DNA of 62,873 bases, the filler included, from Phoronis australis (taxonomy: Eukaryota; Animalia; Phoronida): the NCBI GenBank assembly GCA_002633005.1. It is 9 parts of 9 records of this genome, joined end to end, with 100 filler letters (N's around TTAATTAATTAA, not from the genome) between each part and the next. Parts side by side here need not be neighbours in the genome. Positions count along the whole stretch, not along the records: positions 55,284 to 57,942 come from NMRA01003517.1; positions 58,043 to 60,168 come from NMRA01000184.1; positions 60,269 to 62,873 come from NMRA01003562.1; 6 more parts are not named here. One strand, 5' to 3'. Positions within the stretch are counted from its first letter, which is position 1, and each line of letters opens with the position of its first letter. Positions 55,284 through 62,873 of the stretch are shown here, in pieces. The notes under the pieces are model-generated. The model did not search any database. It was not told where the DNA came from and saw only the letters and a list, made by a program, of their open reading frames with translations. Position numbers and translations under genes: made by a program.

Positions 55284-55500
55284 TACTATACCCTTGTTTG
55301 TGGTATCAAAGCATTACTATACCCTTGTTTGTGGTATCAAAGCATTACTATACCCTTGTTTGTGTTATCAAAGCATTACTATACCCTTGTTTGTGTTATC
55401 AAAGCATTACTATACCCTTGTTTGTGGTATCAAAGCATTACTATACCCTTGTTTGTGGTATCAAAGCATTACTATACCCGTGTTTGTGGTATCAAAGCAT
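55284..55500. repeat. 31-bp minisatellite, 7 copies
   Basis: tactatacccttgtttgtggtatcaaagcat repeated without spacers. Confidence 0.96.
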
Positions 55501-57115
55501 TTTAAGTATTGGCAGTGTGAAAACTCTGCAGTTTGATACATTGAAATGTAAAGGATTTATGGCAAAGTGCCACTTCTTATTCTGTTTATTCAACAAAATG
55601 TTTTCACAAATCATTCTTGTGTGTAATTTAAATTGTGGTGTTAACTCCCTCGGTTTTCTCTTTTAAGAACGGACAATAAAGATGGAAGCAATTGTGCTGA
55701 ACATACTGTGAATGATACTCATAATATTTTTACTTACATGACATACTTTCCCTTGAACAGATGTATCAATCTTTATTAAAGTTGGTGCTCTAGGAATTGA
55801 TTGTTTCCAGCAAGCAGTCTTCTCCATAACCTGCTTTGACTAGTCACTGCGTCAAGTTTGAATTTTGTTGCCACTAGTTTGACTTACTTGCGTCGAGTTT
55901 GAAAATCTATGCAACAAGTTTAAAGTATTGGGAGATTAGTTATTTCTTGAGCAAATTTTGTATTTTTGGTACGAGTTCAATGTATTTATTCCAAGACTTA
56001 CCACACAAGTTCCACATGATTTGGACATGGACTTTTGAACACGTATGTGAATTTTGTAATTCCAGTCGATTTTGAATTTTCTATTGGGGAGAACACTGGT
56101 AAGGTGGGATACAATCATTACTATTCTCAATTTTGACAAAGATTGTTAGAAATTACATTTGTTCAAACCATAAGGTTATATAGGGCCTTGTAGACATGTC
56201 TCTATTGTGACAAATATCTACAAAACTATAGATTTTAACTCAATAAAAATGTATATTTTCTGAATGTAGGAAGCCTGTAGAGTTTGATTTGTGACTGTTT
56301 ACCAGTCTTCCATTCATTGGGTCACATGACCATTTTTTCATTAAAATTTAGCAAAGAAGATAGGTGCATTCATAGCAAAACAACTGTATAAATAACGTGA
56401 CCAAATTTTGATTGTTATAAATGTTCAAAATGAAATCTCAAAAATGCTGTTACAGATAAGTTCTATTTTTATAACGCCTCATGCGAAAGTGGAACATTTT
56501 AAAAACAAGTCCTAACAGAATTTTGCAGAACTGTCCATAAAGAATTAGTATCTGAAAGTTTCATATGAATTTGATTAGCCATGTTTGAGGTATGATGTTG
56601 TAAAGTTAGACGCATATCGACATTTGTCTAGTGTCCTGCATAACCTTGGCAGTGATTAATGCTGTTGGGGCAACAGTAGGCTCTATCCACTTCTGGTAAG
56701 AACTTTTGGGCTGGAGGTGGGTACACAGCCTATATATTTAGGTAGGGCGTGCCGCTGAGCCTTGAAAATTGCAACCATAAATACGATTAAAGAAAATGAA
56801 ATATACCATAATATTAAACATATGGCTCACTCCATAGAATATGTATGAAACTGATTACCTAAAATGTAGTTAAAAACGCCTGATCCTAACACCAGAAATC
56901 TGAAAAAGAGACACCATCTTTATAACAAAAATGGGCTCTGTTTCAGCAGCTTGTCCTCAGAAGCTTGCACTGTGTGCTCCAGGATATAAGAAAAAGTTTG
57001 TGTCTGTTTAGCGTGCAGTTCCACGAGAATATGCCTTTTGATGAGTGACTGTTGGTCATGTTTTTGGACTCACATGGGCTTCTTGTTTCATCAACATTCA
57101 TTTAACATTTTATAG

Positions 57116-57224
57116 TTACCGTCAGCGTCAAGAAATTCAAGAAGTACGAGAGCAGTCGGATCCCATTGCTACATTTAAGAAAAAGATCTTGGAAGCTGGA
57201 CTAGTAGAAGCGGCTGAACTGAAA
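57116..57224 (+). CDS. PDHA1: Pyruvate dehydrogenase E1 alpha, single internal exon
   Basis: (S)YRQRQEIQEVREQSDPIATFKKKILEAGLVEAAELK resembles PDHA1 SYRTREEIQEVRSKSDPI; tatag / gtgagt boundaries. Confidence 0.88.
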
Positions 57225-57715
57225 GTGAGTAATCATATGTGCATGCATGTGTGTGACCATCAAGTGATACATGACACAACTTGTCAGGCAAGTGTGTGCC
57301 ATTGAATGGTGGCTTCCCCTATGAAAAGGCTTCATTTTTTCCGAATTTTGCCATTGTTAGAATTTTGTCACCATAATAAAAACAGCAATGTATTTCAATC
57401 TTGGTGTGTTTTGGTGGGAAAACCAGAGCTTATTAGGTATGTTTAACACTAGTCTTTAATGGCATCTGCTGGTGTATCTCCAAAACCCTTGATGGTTCGT
57501 GATGAAATTTTGCAGACACTTTCCTATTATACATGGGAATGTCCGAGGCTGATCCAACTACCGCTGCCACCTAACATTGCAATTTAATTTTTTGCATTTG
57601 CCTCTATCTTTGGAGTTCTCTGATAGATTTTTGTAAAATTGGACAAATAGTTGTCTGTTAAGGAGACAATGGTGCCTTTCTGTTATTGGATGGATTGGAC
57701 TTATTCCGCGCCACC

Positions 57716-57876
57716 TAGTGTTCATTTTTACTGTCTTTGTGTCTGTTTAGTGTTCATTTTTACTGTCTTTGTGTCTGTTTAGTGTTCATTTTTACTGTCT
57801 TTGTGTCTGTTTAGTGTTCATTTTTACTGTCTTTGTGTCTGTTTAGTGTTCATTTTTACTGTCTTCGTGTCTGTTT
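57716..57876. repeat. 32-bp minisatellite, 5 copies
   Basis: tagtgttcatttttactgtctttgtgtctgtt repeated. Confidence 0.96.
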
Positions 57877-58302
57877 CTATCTGCCAAACGATGTCAAACA
57901 TGGATTAAACATATTGTATGTCACCATTTTTATCACTTCAGTNNNNNNNNNNNNNNNNNNNNNNNNNNNNNNNNNNNNNNNNNNNNTTAATTAATTAANN
58001 NNNNNNNNNNNNNNNNNNNNNNNNNNNNNNNNNNNNNNNNNNACGAATTACATTCAATGTCTATAAATTACATGAACAGCGTCAATATATAGTTCCACTT
58101 AAACTCTTATTTCAGTCACTCCGAATACCGATTCGCTGATGTGCTAGCACCTATTGTTGCTAAATCTAGGCAACAGTCTGCGTCCATGCGTTTTTCTACA
58201 GTAAATCATTCAACCTTTGATTCAACGAAGAAATTGCTACTGCGTCTTACTGTAACATTCATTTATAGGCTCTTGTCTTTTTCTAGAAATGAGTAACTCA
58301 TA

Positions 58303-58743
58303 TTAAACTTCTTCGCCGGTTTCCCCGACAACCACTACTTCATCGCTGTGCATCTGTTCTTCTTTCTGGCAAAGTTTGCTTTTCTTGGATTTCCCTTTTT
58401 TCTTGCGCCTCGGCTCTGGGTTGAACCACGGAGGACAGTAGGGTGAATAGTCCCCACACATCGGCGAAAATGGCGATAGAGCGTGACGAGGATCCGGTCG
58501 TATCATGCCCCATCCTAAACCGGGCGGCATTAATCCTCCCCTGAACCCACCTCTTCCGCGACCTCTCCCGGCAAACATATGCATTCCTCTTCCAGGGAAT
58601 CCATGGCCAGCACCTCTGATTAATCTCGGGTCGCTGCCACAGAAACCCATCATCATGCCGAATCCTCCGCCTTCACCTTCCTGAGTCGCTGGGTGATCAT
58701 GGAAGCCACCCCATGTCCTGTCTCCTCGATGATGCTTGTCCAT
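58303..58743 (-). CDS. Uncharacterised Gly/Met/RGG-rich low-complexity protein or exon
   Basis: GC-richer 146-codon ORF with GRGRGRGGFRGG and basic RRKKKGKSKK stretch. Confidence 0.5.
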   Translation of the reverse strand: MDKHHRGDRTWGGFHDHPATQEGEGGGFGMMMGFCGSDPRLIRGAGHGFPGRGMHMFAGRGRGRGGFRGGLMPPGLGWGMIRPDPRHALSPFSPMCGDYSPYCPPWFNPEPRRKKKGKSKKSKLCQKEEQMHSDEVVVVGETGEEV

Positions 58744-58857
58744 CACGGGTCGTCACTGAGTGCANTACTGCAACGACAATACATTGTTGCTTGCAGGCAT
58801 TAGATTTACGAGAAGAGAGGATCTGCACTCCCTCTGAGATACCGTCAGTCATGAATC

Positions 58858-59829
58858 TCAGTAGTTTGCAATATCAGTCAAACGCTGGAGAAGAATACTG
58901 CGATTACATTCTGTTGACTCAGGTTAAAAAAAAACATTTTAATGAAGGAAACGCGCAAAGTACTGTTGATAGTTGTATTTCATTCTCGTTGTACAAAATA
59001 TCACACATGTGAAATATTATTAGGCTCGCTCCATGGTCGACTTTACAGTACCTGTCGATATTCTTGATTTCATCTTCGACCTTAACCCTGTCGGCATCCA
59101 GTTGCATTTTTATTTCTCTCAACTTGTCGTAAAGTTCCCGGATGCGTTCTGCCGCTTTTGGATCCGCTGACAACTCTGTAAAAATCCAGTCAGGGCTGGT
59201 CAATTCAATTTAAAGTCTTTCTCTATTATCGCACTTACCTTTAGTCATCTTAATTGCAAAGCCAGTTATGCGGATGCGATTGGTTCCTAACAATTAAGGA
59301 ATTCTTTAGTAAACTACAACAAACGTGTTGTGCATGTGCTTACTTTCTTTACTTTTCGCTGCATCGTTTAGGTTTTTCAAATGAGTCTTTGTTGCCTTCA
59401 CCAGGCCTTTCATCACTTGAACTTTGACCCTTGAGCAGGAGAGAAGAATGAATTAATGTAAGATCTATACCACATTTTGCAAAAGCTCTCCCATTTATTG
59501 GTTGTCTGTTGTTCTGATCTGATTTTGGTAACTCGTACATCTATATTGTATTCTAATAAATTACGACTGGCTTCTAATTTCGTAGATCAAATCAACGTCG
59601 CTGACACTTTAGGCTAAAGAGTAGACGATCTGTCATGCCGAGGAATATGAAGTGTTTGGAAGTCCCAAAATTCTTCATTTCAAGTTTTTCATCACGTGTC
59701 CCGAAAATACCTGGGGTTCAAAAATGGCATTATAATTACTCACTTTCGTCTTTCCTTCAACTTTTCCACATAAAACAAAGCCGTTACACTCTCCTTTGGA
59801 GCACTACTCTTAACGCATTTTCCACCCAT
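58858..59829 (-). CDS. Predicted 4-exon, 108-aa N-myristoylated coiled-coil protein (59829-59744, 59429-59353, 59175-59052, 58897-58858)
   Basis: All junctions GT-AG with matching phases (2,1,2); starts MGGKC; continuous charged helical sequence. Confidence 0.55.
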
Positions 59830-60973
59830 GATTGTTCTGAACGTCTACCTCAGAAGACAACGTCTATCCAGAATGCGACTTTTACGTCATTACCTGTGAC
59901 GTAGCTGTATCGAAAATTAGTGTTTCGGTTTGCCGTCTAACGGGTGGTTCAAAGTGACTGTAATGTTGCGTACTTTGGAATATATGCGTGCGACCGTATT
60001 CTGCTACTAGCAATCGTCAAATAATATATCCATTATTTTGTTCAATAGCACATAGTACACATTGTAATTAAGTTTTTGAAATATTTAAATTCGTTTTTTC
60101 TGTCGTGGGTATCTGAATGCTTTCATAAAACATTTATCGAATCTATGTTAGTTGTTCATTTTGTAATGNNNNNNNNNNNNNNNNNNNNNNNNNNNNNNNN
60201 NNNNNNNNNNNNTTAATTAATTAANNNNNNNNNNNNNNNNNNNNNNNNNNNNNNNNNNNNNNNNNNNNAACGTGGTAAAGGTTCTATTGTTGTCTTTGGT
60301 ACAACCCAGGGTATTACAAAGTACCTTCATCAAACCACAAGGTGGCAGCACAGGTCCTCTGGTAGATGGCATGGCAGCTCTTGCGAATGAAAGACTCTCA
60401 CTAACACACATATTCTATTCACAGCTACTCGGCCAATCTTCCATAAGGTAACACAGGCAAACAAGCTCTTAAGTGCTGGATTACTATTTCACTTTTCTGA
60501 AGCAATTTCTATCAATAGTTGCTTTCAAATCATAACTCAATTCAGCAAAACAAGACGGTGATCACTTGAATACAACACTCCATTCCAATAGTATCAACAA
60601 GTCAACTGCATGTACAACACAAGCCATATTCAGACAAAATGACCCAGAATTCAGTGTCATTACCACTGAATTCATTGACAGACCAGTCTTGCCTTGTTAC
60701 TCAAAATGAAGGGGGAATCGACAAGAAAGTTAATTAGGTGGACGAACCATTCTGCAATTATAATTTTGCCCAGCCCCAGTAGTTATTGCCAATTATTTCT
60801 GCTGCAAACAGGATCAGCCGTCATGACAGGGTAACAGTGAACTTTGGTTACAACAAGTATTTTAAAAAAGTCAAGAGAGGTTCACAAAACTCAGAACACA
60901 CATGGCTTAATATTGTCATAATTCAACTTCAGTGTTCACTTTATCCTTGGATCAAGACAATATGGCTACCTAC

Positions 60974-61046
60974 CTTTCCATTTGCTCCAGAGTGTCTTCT
61001 GTTAGGGGACGCGCATAGCGGAAACCAATGTAATGTTTGTGGGGAG
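60974..61046 (-). CDS. FECH: Ferrochelatase exon
   Basis: APHKHYIGFRYARPLTEDTLEQMER; ccag / gtaggt. Confidence 0.93.
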
Positions 61047-61594
61047 CTGGAAAATAGTATGGAAAACTTTGATGCAAAATACGGGCGTTAGAAGGGACTG
61101 GAGGAAGCGGTGGTGACCCAATGATAAAGCTTGATAAGTTGACTATGTACATGGCCCTAATCACTTTTGTCTTCCGACTGCTCTGTTTGATACAAGGAGC
61201 TTGCCTAAACGCAAAAGTATAACACACTAACACCTTTCCCTGCAAGTACATCTCATTCAATTACAATTTAAAGTCCAGGATGACTATGGGCAGATGTTGA
61301 ATTTTGGACTTTACTTAGATAAATACTAGACAGCATTCTGAACTTCCTTTAAGTTGACTGAAACATATCATCGATAAACTCCAAATACCAATTTTGCCTT
61401 CCAAAATAAAAGCTAAAAGTCTAGTTCACTTCTCTGTTAAATGCAACAAATAAAGCAGACTGATTTATCAATAATTCCTTTTTGATTCCATTTAGGATCA
61501 ATATCATTCTGCCTGACAAAATACAGGGTTAGCTTATTTCATTAGTGGCAATCTCCTCAGAGAAATACAGTATGCATTAATTCTGATATATTTA

Positions 61595-61795
<201 letters not shown>

Positions 61796-62012
61796 TCACT
61801 TGAATACACAGCACACTTGTCATTTGAATAACCTAACTAATATGTGTTGGGAGTGATATTACCATATGTTAAAACAACAAAAATTTGAAAACAGTTTCCA
61901 CATGTTTATTATTTGCTGTGTCGTCACAGTCTTTGATTTGTGAGTTGTATACCACGCCATAGCTGCGCTATTTGATTGCGCATTTTGCCAAAGCAAAAAC
62001 TATAACAATTAT

Positions 62013-62680
62013 AACAAGAGCAATGCGGAGCGTTGAAATGCGCCCACGAATGCATCGAAAATGGTGAGCTTTTGGGGTTTATTTATTTGTATCATAAAAA
62101 TGGCCACTAGATAGCACAAAAACGTACAATCCATCCAAAAACGGGAACATGCCATATTGCATAAAAATCTGTCAAGGAACTTCAGAGAAACAAAGGAAAA
62201 CAGAACAAAATGAAATTGCCACTTGTGGGCACAGTGTCCGTTCCATCCGCCTGAAAGTCGTCGTCTGTTATCTTCATATAAATTCACTTACTAAATTTAA
62301 TAAAGATCCTGCAGTGGGTTGTGGAGATACAGCTATGGGTGCAAAACAAAACAAAACTACCACTAGGAGGCGCTACAGTAGTCAGTCGCCATCATCAAAC
62401 GTCCTCTTTACACTGATAACATATACGCCAATTTTCAAAACCATCCCTAGAATGACTTGGTTGATCAAGGGGTGGACGCCAAAAACAAGATTTAAAAACA
62501 GGAAAAAATGGCCATCAGGTGGCGCAAATACCTCGATTCCATCCAAAACCAGGAAGATAGCGTCATCTCACCAATAGATGCCAATATTCAAAATTTTATG
62601 AAAATCTGTTGAGGACCTTTGAAGATACAGACTGGTAAACATAAAAAAATTAAAATTGCCACTAGGGGGCACACCACTAG
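62013..62680 (+). mobile_element. Helentron/HINE-like element, copy in FECH intron, 3'-truncated
   Basis: Colinear with 42639-43310. Confidence 0.75.
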
Positions 62681-62873
62681 CGCATAATTAAGCCAAATTT
62701 ACAGAGCCCTTTAAATTATTAAGCCCTTTGAAAATTATTACCAGGCTATGCATCTCGTCAATCTTAATCCTTCTAAAATCCTCGGGAGCATTCAATGGTA
62801 CTGCTGTTTTCGGTGTACACCGACTAATCCAAACACATAATTTTGTGATAGTTGTAAGAGCTAAAATGCTCCT

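Noticed and set aside
55284-55500. CRISPR-like 31-bp repeats (also 19834, 38221, 57716)
   Set aside because: Head-to-tail units without unique spacers, no cas genes, eukaryotic context: minisatellites

Overview
Eukaryotic (metazoan, probably marine lophotrochozoan such as a mollusc; inferred from gene and repeat style) draft-genome DNA, not prokaryotic. The window is a patchwork of nine contigs joined by eight identical artificial 100-bp spacers (N44-TTAATTAATTAA-N44), so adjacency across spacers means little. Recognisable host gene pieces: the first coding exon of a copper amine oxidase, a WSC-domain exon, the last four exons of a myoferlin/dysferlin-type ferlin, two exons of a single-pass membrane protein, one PDHA1 exon and two ferrochelatase exons. 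I also assembled a four-exon, 108-aa, putatively myristoylated coiled-coil gene that the ORF track shows only as fragments. Much of the rest is mobile DNA: a BEL/Pao LTR element with tRNA-His PBS and deleted gag, a decayed Ty1/copia element, a CR1/L2-type LINE remnant, Academ- and THAP-transposon fragments, an intact 910-bp long-TIR element with 9-bp TSD, Helentron/HINE-like repeats, MITEs, a composite tRNA-derived/palindrome repeat and minisatellites. I see no CRISPR array, rRNA, or convincing new multi-gene system; the best leads are uncharacterised genes and unusual non-autonomous elements.
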